A stretch of DNA of 64,000 nt from Candidatus Bathyarchaeota archaeon. Lineage in GTDB: Archaea; Thermoproteota; Bathyarchaeia; Bathyarchaeales; Bathyarchaeaceae. Under the pieces are notes generated by a model. It did no database searches, was not told the DNA's origin, and saw only the letters and a list, made by a program, of their open reading frames with translations. Position numbers and translations under genes: made by a program. Below are positions 55,629 to 64,000 of the stretch, one piece after another. Within the stretch, counting starts at the first letter, position 1. Every line of letters starts with the position of its first letter. The stretch spans positions 4,436 through 68,435 of the forward strand of contig JARRMB010000008.1 in the NCBI GenBank assembly GCA_037386325.1, read 5' to 3'.

Positions 55629-56210
55629 TTATTCCTTTCTTATTTCAGGCTTTTGGGCATACTTAATCAAGAGATCCATTGCCTTTTTGGAGTTTAAATT
55701 TGTTATTTTTGGAAAAAAATGGATTTTTCCTCTCTCATTGATAGTTATTGTGGCTGCGATCGGATTATTAGATTTATTTACAGCAATTGGTTCGAAACTA
55801 CAATTTTTTGTATCCTTCCAGAATAATTCATTATCCCATTTTTTGACATTGTCAAAATATTCTGCAAATCTTTCAGACTTTTTATACACAGTTTTTCCCA
55901 AAAGCATTGGATTAACTTGGAGTTTTTGTGGAAAAGGTAACCACGAATAATTAAGTGGAATTTGTTTGAACAGAATTTTAAATGGTCTTTCCATGACGCA
56001 GAAAATTTCTTTGTTATCTCGCATAAAAAGGCGAGTGGCTCGTTTTAAAATTCCAATATTTTTAAAGAGAGTTTCCGGATAATCTTTTGGAAATGAAGTT
56101 AAGTCAATTATCAAAAAATCATATTTTTCTAAACCATAAAACGGTTCAATCCATTCAATATTATCAGCTTCTTGACTAGATAATGATCCGATAATGAGTA
56201 GTTTCTTCAA
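55629..56210 (-). CDS. Hypothetical protein
   Basis: 193-aa ORF with no recognisable motif. Confidence 0.35.
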   Translation of the reverse strand: MKKLLIIGSLSSQEADNIEWIEPFYGLEKYDFLIIDLTSFPKDYPETLFKNIGILKRATRLFMRDNKEIFCVMERPFKILFKQIPLNYSWLPFPQKLQVNPMLLGKTVYKKSERFAEYFDNVKKWDNELFWKDTKNCSFEPIAVNKSNNPIAATITINERGKIHFFPKITNLNSKKAMDLLIKYAQKPEIRKE

Positions 56211-56539
56211 CTAACAATTGACCCCATTTTTTAAAAAAAGGATATCTATTATTTTTAATTGTTTGCCATTTAAAATGAAATCACATTACCGTTTTTGATA
56301 TATTTCGATTTTTGATATAATTCGGCGATAAAAATAAGCATTATATTAAATCGCAATACATTGTATTTATAATGGAGTTGAAGATTTATGAAATTATTCA
56401 ATAAAATATTTACAAATCTCAAACAAAATAATGAAGTTTGCGAATTTGAAAGTGAATTAGAACAAGCCAGTTTATATAAAATGATTAATTTTGACTAAGA
56501 AATATTTTGTAACAAATAACAGTTATTTTAGGAAAATTT

Positions 56540-57022
56540 CTATTTTGTAAGTTTGTTTGCTTCAACAATCCATTTAGAAATAAGGATTATTGATATCCCA
56601 GTTTTTTCTGCTAAATGTTGCGGAGAACGTTTCGCAAGGTCCGCAATTGTTGTTACACCAGCAAGTTCAAGATCCATAGCGTTTTTTGGTCCTATTCCCG
56701 TTATTTGGGTTAAATTTGAAGAAATATTGATTTTTTGTTCTTCTCGATTTAATTCCTTTATTTCTCTACCAACGGAGTATGTTTTTGATGTGTAATTTAA
56801 ACTTGGTTTTGTTTTTCGTCTAATAATATAAGTTATGAATCCAATAATTGTTGCAAAGAAAATTCCATTGAATAAATTATTTGAAAAAAATGAATAAGGT
56901 ATTGAAAGATCTAATGTTTCAGTCACTATTATCCCCGGGGGTAAATCAATTAGAGAAGAGATTATACTAAAAATCACTAAAAATATTAAGAAAACAACTT
57001 TTGACAACATCTGATCTCCCAT
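56540..57022 (-). CDS. Membrane protein with a C-terminal helix-hairpin-helix domain
   Basis: Two or three N-terminal TM helices, then LTQITGIGPKNAMDLELAGVTTIADLA...LAEKTGIS (tandem HhH). Confidence 0.55.
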   Translation of the reverse strand: MGDQMLSKVVFLIFLVIFSIISSLIDLPPGIIVTETLDLSIPYSFFSNNLFNGIFFATIIGFITYIIRRKTKPSLNYTSKTYSVGREIKELNREEQKINISSNLTQITGIGPKNAMDLELAGVTTIADLAKRSPQHLAEKTGISIILISKWIVEANKLTK

Positions 57023-57129
57023 ATTAATGTATAGAGTTTTTTTATATAATTTTGTGGGTAAATTCTTGATTTTGAAAGATTTTTTGGGCAGAAATTTTAA
57101 TTATTTTTGGGTGAAAAAGAGACAACATT

Positions 57130-58056
57130 TCAAAATTTTTTGGAAATTTGTTTTTGATCATTAGATCTCCATGAATCTAGAATCTTAATAAGCGGTTGAC
57201 AATTAGATTTACTTAAAAACGAACGGTATACACTATTGTTTAATATGTTTTCTTGAATTTGCTTTGCCTTTGCGTCGTCATGGGTGGCCAAAATAATACC
57301 ATCTACATAATTAGATATTGCAACCATTGCTGCAAGTAAATTTTTTATTTCCGGACCAGGATTTGCTGCATAAAGTTCGATAAACAAAGGTTTATCAAGT
57401 TGTTTAGAAAAGTCAATTGCTAATGTTTCTAACCAATATGTTGTTGAATAGTATAAATCGTAAATTGGAACAATAAAAAAATCAACATATTTTTCCAATA
57501 GATGAAAGTCTTCACCAAATCTTTCTTTTCCAAAACACGGATCAGGTAATAATGTTATCGAGAAAATTTTTCCACAATCTTTCACCATTTTCGAGGCTTG
57601 CTGAATGAAGTCAGTTATTTTTTTAATTCTCCAATCGATCCAATCTAATTGACTTTTTTTAAATTCCGCAATACATCTATGACAAGTACAAAATTCTGAT
57701 CCAGGAAATCCTATACAGTCCAAATGGATTCCTTCAATTTGATTTTTTAAGGTTTCATTTATTAAATCAAAAAGAAAAGATTGATACTCTTTTACACTTG
57801 GACAGATATAGTCCCATAAAAAACGATGTTGTCTATTCGTTCTTATTGCATTACCTAATTTAGAAACAGGAATCCATTCTGGTTTTTTTCTTGCTGTTCG
57901 ATTATCTGCAAAACAGCTTATAATGTTTGTAAGATTTTTTGCAGGTTTGCAGATTTTTCCAGTACATGACTTAACATAATATGAAGCAAAATCAAACCCA
58001 GGTACAGATTTTGGTTTATTGGTCAATACACCTATTTTTATGGCTTTCACATCCAA
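57130..58056 (-). CDS. Hypothetical glycoside-hydrolase-like TIM-barrel protein (GHL10/DUF187-like)
   Basis: GIHLDCIGFPGSEFCTCHRCIAEF resembles the conserved DY.R.P...C.C..C..F block of family-10-like hydrolases. Assigned from memory only. Confidence 0.4.
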   Translation of the reverse strand: MDVKAIKIGVLTNKPKSVPGFDFASYYVKSCTGKICKPAKNLTNIISCFADNRTARKKPEWIPVSKLGNAIRTNRQHRFLWDYICPSVKEYQSFLFDLINETLKNQIEGIHLDCIGFPGSEFCTCHRCIAEFKKSQLDWIDWRIKKITDFIQQASKMVKDCGKIFSITLLPDPCFGKERFGEDFHLLEKYVDFFIVPIYDLYYSTTYWLETLAIDFSKQLDKPLFIELYAANPGPEIKNLLAAMVAISNYVDGIILATHDDAKAKQIQENILNNSVYRSFLSKSNCQPLIKILDSWRSNDQKQISKKF

Positions 58057-58225
58057 ATCAAGTAATAAATGTATTAATGATTATGTGAGTAATTTATAAA
58101 ATTCAAATTTATTATTGTTTGTTGAGATGATGTTCAAATAACATTAATATTTTTGGTGATTTAATTTCTTGAGCAAAACAATTGAATGTGAGTTATTTTA
58201 TTTACTTAGAAGAGCGTTTTATTAA

Positions 58226-59356
58226 TTGAAAAAGCATTTGATAATATCTATTTTTTTGGTTTCAATTTTGCTGTCTTCTGTTGTTGTGGCTTCTATTTTA
58301 TTGACTAATGATGATAGGATTAATGATTATTTTGTGGGGGTTTCTTTTGGTGGTGATTCGATTTCCAGCGCAAAATTACTTATTGATAGAGTTAAATCTT
58401 ATACTAATCTTTTTGTAATTCAATCTGGTCCAGCCAGTAAAAATGAAACACTGTTAAATGAAATATGCGATTATGCAGCTGACGCGGAATTATCAATTAT
58501 TGTTTATTTTGGAAAATTTGATCTTGATTGGCAACCTTTATGGCTTGATAAAGTGAAGGATAGGTGGGGTTCAAAATTTTTGGGAATATATTTTTTTGAT
58601 GAACCAGCAGGTAGTTTGCTTGACTCAATAGATGAAATGTGGAATATAAGCTTGGGTCCAATTCCTAATAACTACAATGAGATGGCAGAGTATTTTGTTG
58701 ATAGTTGGCAGAGTATGCCAGGATTAATAACAGTAAAGAATAGGTTAAGTTCTCCTGTGGCTTTCACTTCCGATTATGCGCTTTATTGGTTTGACTATTT
58801 AGCGGGGTATGATGTTGTTTTAACTCAGTTTGGTTGGAATCATAGCAGAGTTCAAGACATTGCTCTTATTAGAGGTGCAGCAAGATTACAAAATAAAGAA
58901 TGGGGAACTATTGTAACTTGGACTTTTGATGAATCCCCGTATTTAGAGGATGGAGAAAAAATGTATGAGGATTTGATGTTGGCATATAATAATGGAGCTA
59001 AATATTTTGTTGTTTTTAATTATCCGGAAATAAACGAGTATGGAATTCTTACAGATGAACATTTTTTAGCTTTAGAAAGATTTTGGAATAAAATTCAAGA
59101 TGGTTCAGAATATTCTCCAGTTGTTGCAGATTCAGTTTTGGTTTTACCTAAAAACTATGGTTATGGTATGCGTAGGATCGATGATACTATTTGGGGGTTA
59201 TGGAAAGCTGATGAAAAATCTTTTCAGATTTGGAACATTTCCAGAAAACTTCTTAATGATTATGGAACAAAATTAGATATAGTATATGAAGATTCCAATT
59301 TTACATTAAAAAGTAAGTATTCTAGAATTTTTTATTGGAATTCCACAATTTATTGA
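58226..59356 (+). CDS. Hypothetical exported protein
   Basis: N-terminal signal/TM (LIISIFLVSILLSSVVVASILL). 376 aa with no firm motif. Confidence 0.4.
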   Translation: MKKHLIISIFLVSILLSSVVVASILLTNDDRINDYFVGVSFGGDSISSAKLLIDRVKSYTNLFVIQSGPASKNETLLNEICDYAADAELSIIVYFGKFDLDWQPLWLDKVKDRWGSKFLGIYFFDEPAGSLLDSIDEMWNISLGPIPNNYNEMAEYFVDSWQSMPGLITVKNRLSSPVAFTSDYALYWFDYLAGYDVVLTQFGWNHSRVQDIALIRGAARLQNKEWGTIVTWTFDESPYLEDGEKMYEDLMLAYNNGAKYFVVFNYPEINEYGILTDEHFLALERFWNKIQDGSEYSPVVADSVLVLPKNYGYGMRRIDDTIWGLWKADEKSFQIWNISRKLLNDYGTKLDIVYEDSNFTLKSKYSRIFYWNSTIY

Positions 59357-59457
59357 TTTTATTTGTTAAAATTTTTGCAATAACAAAATGGTTAATAAAA
59401 ACTGGTGAATTTTAAGTAAAAATTTTGGATTCACAAAGAATATTATTGTAAAAAATA

Positions 59458-60251
59458 ATGTACAGCAAGGCGTTCCAATTGTCTAAATTAGCAAATGTGC
59501 AAGAAAAGATTGCTGAACGTAGAGTTATTCAAAATATCTCTTTTTAAAATCTAAACCGGAAGAGTCTGAAATTAATACAATTGACAAATATTTTGAACCA
59601 TACATAGTTGTCGATGGGATTTACAGTATTAATTTTTCGAAGGACTGGAGTCATTCTATCAAAGTCGATGAAGAGATGCAGAAACTCAAGGTTAGTAACA
59701 AAAATTTTGAACCAGAATTCTTAGACGATCGGGTTGATCTCCCCTACAAGATCCTCAATCTTCAAGGAGTTGGACGTTTCTTTCATGAAGAACGCAAAAG
59801 AATGGTTTTTGATGAAAAATGGAACGATGTAAGACTTGATTTACTTCCTTATTTACCGTTTGAAGAAGAAAAACAAGAAATTCTTAATGAAGCTGTTACT
59901 AAACAATTAACTAATGATTTAATAGCAGAAAAAGAGGTAGAAATTCTAAAATCAAAGATTTTCAAACGACCGACAGATGTTTCGATAATTCACAAAGAAT
60001 TATTTAGTGTCACTGAGAGAGCTTTGGTTTTTAAACCAATGTACAAAGTCACTGCAACTCATATTAAAAAACAAAAAAAGGTTACTTTTCAAATAGATGG
60101 AGTTAACGGAAAAATTTCTTCAGATCAAAATGAAAAACTGACTCTGGCAACAAAAGAAGGCTTGAGTGAAATAGGATCGAAAATTTTTTCGATTCTTAAA
60201 AATCAATCAAAAAAAGTTTACAATTTTGTTAAAAAAACAGGAAACAATTGA
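59458..60251 (+). pseudogene. Conserved hypothetical protein (family copy 2), interrupted by a frameshift at a T5 run
   Basis: The ATG at 59458 gives 29 codons, then TAA at 59545. The -1 frame continues LKSKPEESEINTIDKYFEPYIVVDG... into the listed ORF 59676-60251. Collinear with 21863-22729. Confidence 0.6.
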
Positions 60252-60780
60252 CTGCAAAAAATAAAGTTCAAAAAAACAAAATGAGATTTTCAGACTCTTT
60301 TAGAATGTAATTATTTGTGGAACAAAATTTAAAAACAGTATTTACCATATTAGATTCTGTTTTTTGTATCAAATATGTGGGGAAAAATGTTAAAGAACTT
60401 TGAGTCTCTGCGCAAACGCGCAAAAAATGAAGATTGATTCGGTTCTTGCACCTTGAAGGTGTTAAAACATTTTTATCCCACTCAACATTGTCATCTAAAA
60501 TTGAAATTTACATAGTTTATATTTTTTCTCAATAAATAAATATTTGAGAGTAATAAAAATGAGTTTTATATCTTCTAAGGAAAGAATCGGAAAAGAAGAA
60601 ATTATATAACATCATCAAAAGTTCAAATTTCAATTATTTCTTATTGATTCTATTTCCTTCTTAATATAGGAATAGAGTAAACCAAGATTTAATCTAAATA
60701 TTATTTTAATTACAAAATGAAGGTGGATTTTGGGTTCATAATCCATATAATAGATAACAATTCTAAGACAATACTGAAAG

Positions 60781-61182
60781 GTGATAGGTAGGTTGCATAA
60801 ATCGAAGCTCCAAATATCTATTGAAATTCTTTGTTGTTTATCTTCTAAAGGTCCTTTGAAATGTAAACAGATCAGTTACGAACTTGAGTTAAGCAAATCA
60901 ATTCTGATGGAGCATCTAAGTTTTCTTTACGAAAGAGGTTTAATAGGAGAGAATTTGAGTGAAGAAAAAACATACTATGTAACTGATAGAGGTTTAAATC
61001 TTATCAAGGTTATGGGACCAATGGTCAGAGAAGCGCAAAGAATAGAGATTCAAAATTTAGAAAGAATTTCTAGTGCAATCGCTGGAACAAAGTTCAAGGT
61101 TAAGAAAGTTGAAGAAAAGAAACCTAGATGGAAGCGTCTTCAAGATTTCATAAAAATTGATTTGACAAAATCAGACAAGTAA
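60781..61182 (+). CDS. Winged-helix DNA-binding protein (COG3432-like)
   Basis: KLQISIEILCCLSSKGPLKCKQISYELELSKSILMEHLSFLYERGLI. Paralogous to 36433-36753. Confidence 0.55.
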   Translation: MIGRLHKSKLQISIEILCCLSSKGPLKCKQISYELELSKSILMEHLSFLYERGLIGENLSEEKTYYVTDRGLNLIKVMGPMVREAQRIEIQNLERISSAIAGTKFKVKKVEEKKPRWKRLQDFIKIDLTKSDK

Positions 61183-61215
61183 AAGTTCTAAAATTTTTGT
61201 ATGACTATAAAATAG

Positions 61216-61695
61216 CTATATATCATTTGTAGCTTTTTTGTTGACTTCATTGGCAAGTTTTTTTCCTAGGGCTTTGGCTCTAGCTTCATCTATTTCCCAT
61301 GGATTTGAACGTCCTTTGGCTGTTTCCATAACCATTCCAGGTTTTATGAATGTTGGATTGAATACACCAATTATTCTATCTATGTTTTCTAATGTTATTA
61401 CTTGTCCACCTGTTCCTGTAGTGAATACTGCCATTGGTTTACCTATCATTTCGTGACGAAATACGTAAAGTCTGGTTAAAAGTGATAATATCTTTCCAGA
61501 CATTATACTAAAATGTGATGGAGATCCAATAGCATAACCGTCAGCTTCAATTACTTCTTGATTTGTCACTTCTTCGGTTCTTTTCAAGTCAACGGTAATA
61601 TCTTGAACTTGTTTTATTCCTTCAGCAATAGCTTTAGCAAGTTTTTCTGTTTGACCTGTAACGGTATCATAAATTATCAAAACTTTTGGTGACAT
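61216..61695 (-). CDS. Flavodoxin-like flavoprotein
   Basis: KVLIIYDTVTGQTEKLAKAIAEG N-terminus. 159 aa. Confidence 0.8.
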   Translation of the reverse strand: MSPKVLIIYDTVTGQTEKLAKAIAEGIKQVQDITVDLKRTEEVTNQEVIEADGYAIGSPSHFSIMSGKILSLLTRLYVFRHEMIGKPMAVFTTGTGGQVITLENIDRIIGVFNPTFIKPGMVMETAKGRSNPWEIDEARAKALGKKLANEVNKKATNDI

Positions 61696-61838
61696 AAGAA
61701 TAACTCTCCAATCAATAATTCATATTTCAGCAATATAAAAAAATAACGACACTATGATATAAGATGAATTATTTTGAGTGGATCTTATGTATTTTAAAAA
61801 AGAATTTAAAATAAGATACCGATTTTTTTAGTTCTAAC

Positions 61839-62282
61839 TTATTCTTTTTTTGGCTTAATTATTACTGCTGTACCATAGGCAGAAAATATTGTCGCAGTTC
61901 CATTCAGTATGTCACTTGTTTCAAAATCTGTTCTCACAATTGCATTTGCACCCACATTTTTTGCATTTTCAATTAATCTTTGCATTGATTCTTTTCTTGC
62001 TTTTTCTGCTTCAGAACTATAGGATGTTACTTCTCCACCAAACATTCCTTCTATTCCAGCCATAATTTTTCCTCCAACGCCTCTGGTTCTAACTGTCATC
62101 CCGTGAACAGTTCCTAAAGCTCTGACAATCTCATATCCAGGAATAGTAGAAGTTGTAACCACCATCAAATCAACATCGTTAGAAGAAGCATCCAAAGGAG
62201 CCCCACAATTTGGACAATATTGAGCATCAGAAGGTACTAGATTTCCACATTTTTTACATGAATTTCCAGACATAATAATCAC
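61839..62282 (-). CDS. YbjQ/UPF0145 (DUF74) domain protein with an N-terminal zinc ribbon
   Basis: CKKCG...CPNCG ribbon, then TTSTIPGYEIV...G.V.G....R.......GGE...Y, the YbjQ pattern. Confidence 0.8.
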   Translation of the reverse strand: MIIMSGNSCKKCGNLVPSDAQYCPNCGAPLDASSNDVDLMVVTTSTIPGYEIVRALGTVHGMTVRTRGVGGKIMAGIEGMFGGEVTSYSSEAEKARKESMQRLIENAKNVGANAIVRTDFETSDILNGTATIFSAYGTAVIIKPKKE

Positions 62283-62396
62283 AATAAGAAAAGGAGAAAG
62301 CTACTATTATTTTTTAATTTTGCTCCCCATTTTTCGGTTTTATTTGCGATATCTTTATTATTTTAGAATTTTACTGATGAAATTTAGGGTAAATAA

Positions 62397-62771
62397 ATGA
62401 AAATATTTCATTACAAAAATGTTAAAGCAGAAAACGCTGAAGGTGAAAGTTCGAAAGTAAAAATTAGATGGCTTATAACTAAAGAAATGGGAGCTGAAAA
62501 CTTCGCTATGAGAATGTTCGAAATAGAACAGGGTGGTTATACTCCGTTTCATATTCATAATTGGGAACATGAAGTCTTCATTTTAGATGGAGAAGGACTA
62601 TTAGTCGCTGAAGATGAAGAAAGATTGTTTCGAGCAGGCGATGTAATTTTCATTTCTCCAAATGAAAAACATCAGTTTAGAAATACTGGAAAAAGTTTAA
62701 TGAAGATACTTTGTTTGATACCTTATACAAAAGAAGAAACAGAAAAAATAAGTTCCTGTCAATGTAAATGA
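62397..62771 (+). CDS. Cupin-domain protein
   Basis: GGYTPFHIHNWEHEVFILDGEG...GDVIFISPNEKHQFRNTG (cupin motifs 1 and 2). Confidence 0.7.
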   Translation: MKIFHYKNVKAENAEGESSKVKIRWLITKEMGAENFAMRMFEIEQGGYTPFHIHNWEHEVFILDGEGLLVAEDEERLFRAGDVIFISPNEKHQFRNTGKSLMKILCLIPYTKEETEKISSCQCK

Positions 62772-62951
62772 GCTTAAATTCTTAAACAAGTCTGTTTTTT
62801 TGTTGTTTCTATCTTTTTCCAAAACTTATAATATGTTGATCAGACTATGCATGAATTAGTATTTGTTTATTTTTTGATCCAGATTAACGATTGACAGTAC
62901 TGTTTAATATTGAAAATAGATAATAGATTTGGTAAATAATGAAATGATTTG

Positions 62952-64000
62952 ATGCGGGGGATGAATATGGTTAACGATTCCTTTGATTTGGATAAATCTG
63001 TAATCGAGCTAGTCATGAATGATGATTTTTCAAAAAAGAAAAGTTTAGCTAAAAAAATTCGTAATATTGCAGAAAGAAAGGGAATTTATCCAGCAAGTAT
63101 TTATGAATTTTATATGGCTCGCGGCAGAGGTGAATTTAGTGGTTTTACGGTCCCAGCTATTAACATTAGAAGTTTGACTTATGATCTGGCTCGTGCAATT
63201 TTTAGAGTTGCCCAAAAAAATAATTCTGGGGCTTTTGTTTTTGAGATTGCAAGATCTGAGATTGGTTATACTGATCAAGCACCAATTGAATATGCAAGCA
63301 TGGTTTTAGCAGCAGCCATAAAAGAAGGTTACACTGGTCCAGTATTTATTCAGGGAGACCATTTTCAGGTTAAAGTTGATAAGTTCAAAGAAAATCCTAA
63401 TAAAGAAATTGAGAACTTGAAAACTTTAATTAATGATGCAATTTCATCAGGTTTCTACAACATAGATATTGATTCTTCAACGCTTGTTGATATTTCCAAA
63501 TCCAATCTAAAAGAACAACAACGTCTAAATTATGAAGTTTGTTCAAAGCTAACTAAATTTATTCGAAGTATTGAACCAGAAGAAGTTACAATTTCTATCG
63601 GTGGAGAAATCGGTGAAATTGGCACCCAGAATTCGACTCCTGATGATTTACATGCATTTATGGCTGGTCTCAAAGAAAAGCTTGACAAAAATTTAATAGG
63701 AATCAGTAAGATTTCGGTTCAAACAGGGACAACCCATGGTGGTCTTGTACTTCCAGATGGTTCAATTGCAAAGATTAATCTTGATTTTGATACTCTAAAA
63801 ACGCTTTCTGAAATAGCCCGTAACGATTATGGAATGGCTGGAGCTGTTCAGCATGGAGCATCAACTTTGCCTCCTGAAGCTTTTCATAAATTTGTTGAAT
63901 GCGAAACAGCTGAGGTACATTTAGCTACACAATTTCAGAACATGATTTATGAATCAGAACATTTTCCGGTTAATCTTAAAAAGAGAATTTATGAATGGAT
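62952..64000 (+). CDS. fba: Class II fructose/tagatose-bisphosphate aldolase, 3'-truncated by the window edge
   Basis: Open frame to the window end, so not in the ORF track. VPAINIRSL, FIQGDHFQ, FYNIDIDSS, HGG, and AVQHGASTLP motifs of class II aldolases. Candidate ATG starts at 62952 and 62961. Confidence 0.85.
   Translation, partial: MRGMNMVNDSFDLDKSVIELVMNDDFSKKKSLAKKIRNIAERKGIYPASIYEFYMARGRGEFSGFTVPAINIRSLTYDLARAIFRVAQKNNSGAFVFEIARSEIGYTDQAPIEYASMVLAAAIKEGYTGPVFIQGDHFQVKVDKFKENPNKEIENLKTLINDAISSGFYNIDIDSSTLVDISKSNLKEQQRLNYEVCSKLTKFIRSIEPEEVTISIGGEIGEIGTQNSTPDDLHAFMAGLKEKLDKNLIGISKISVQTGTTHGGLVLPDGSIAKINLDFDTLKTLSEIARNDYGMAGAVQHGASTLPPEAFHKFVECETAEVHLATQFQNMIYESEHFPVNLKKRIYEW

Noticed and set aside
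63045-63278. A 77-aa minus-strand ORF.
   Set aside because: It lies entirely inside the strongly supported plus-strand class II aldolase gene, which the track omits only because it runs off the window.
1-64000. CRISPR arrays, rRNA or tRNA genes, and transposases.
   Set aside because: I found no regularly spaced short repeats and no conserved RNA gene motifs in the intergenic regions. No ORF has transposase or integrase motifs. This was a visual scan only; tRNAscan-SE, Infernal and a CRISPR finder would be decisive.

Overview
This is a gene-dense, AT-rich chromosomal segment, roughly one-third G+C by eye (not computed). It is clearly archaeal: it encodes RadA, Orc1/Cdc6, ribosomal protein eS17, a GHMP-type shikimate kinase, ADH synthase plus dehydroquinate synthase II, a PAC2 proteasome chaperone and a SAMP-type ubiquitin-like protein. 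I cannot assign the lineage from sequence alone.

Main blocks:
- 1-1.3 kb: end of a LysW/Arg-type cluster (argD/lysJ, lysK/argE).
- 1.7-13.7 kb: a near-complete aromatic amino acid block (pheA, tyrA, aminotransferase, chorismate mutase, aroC, aroA, aroK, aroE, aroD, aroB', aroA') joined to asd and lysC.
- 13.9-17.3 kb: C1 genes (glyA, fae-hps).
- 17.4-36.3 kb: housekeeping genes (tatD, rps17e, SAMP, GNAT, radA, JAMM, moaB/moaC, orc1/cdc6, HDAC, Rqc2/NFACT, M32 peptidase, Nudix, gatCA, PAC2).
- 37.2-42.5 kb: an MFS transporter next to a methanofuran/H4MPT-type cofactor cluster (HisA-like COG1411, ATP-grasp, COG1548, amino-acid-kinase fold, MfnB).
- 43.6-48.2 kb: a sugar-nucleotide (dTDP-rhamnose-type) cluster.
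- 48.3-64 kb: rubrerythrin, a small ORFan region, DNA repair and redox genes, a surface-protein island, and the start of a class II aldolase.

I found no rRNA, tRNA, CRISPR array, transposase or integrase.

The most unusual signal is structural rather than a new gene system. Many genes are broken at junctions. A perfect 119-bp direct repeat surrounds a fragment of the HisA-like gene. A 34-bp inverted repeat replaces the asd 3' end and the aroA' 5' end. The gatC/gatA junction looks deleted. At least four single-base frameshifts lie in or next to short base runs (A4, T5, T3, T7). These may be assembly or amplification artefacts, or real template-switch or decay scars; raw reads are needed to decide.

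Secondary leads:
- an HTH domain fused in frame to Fae-Hps;
- an uncharacterised paralogous protein family (21.9 kb and 59.5 kb);
- a truncated TFS-like zinc ribbon next to a PD-(D/E)xK-like nuclease;
- a convergent pair of small paralogous membrane proteins.
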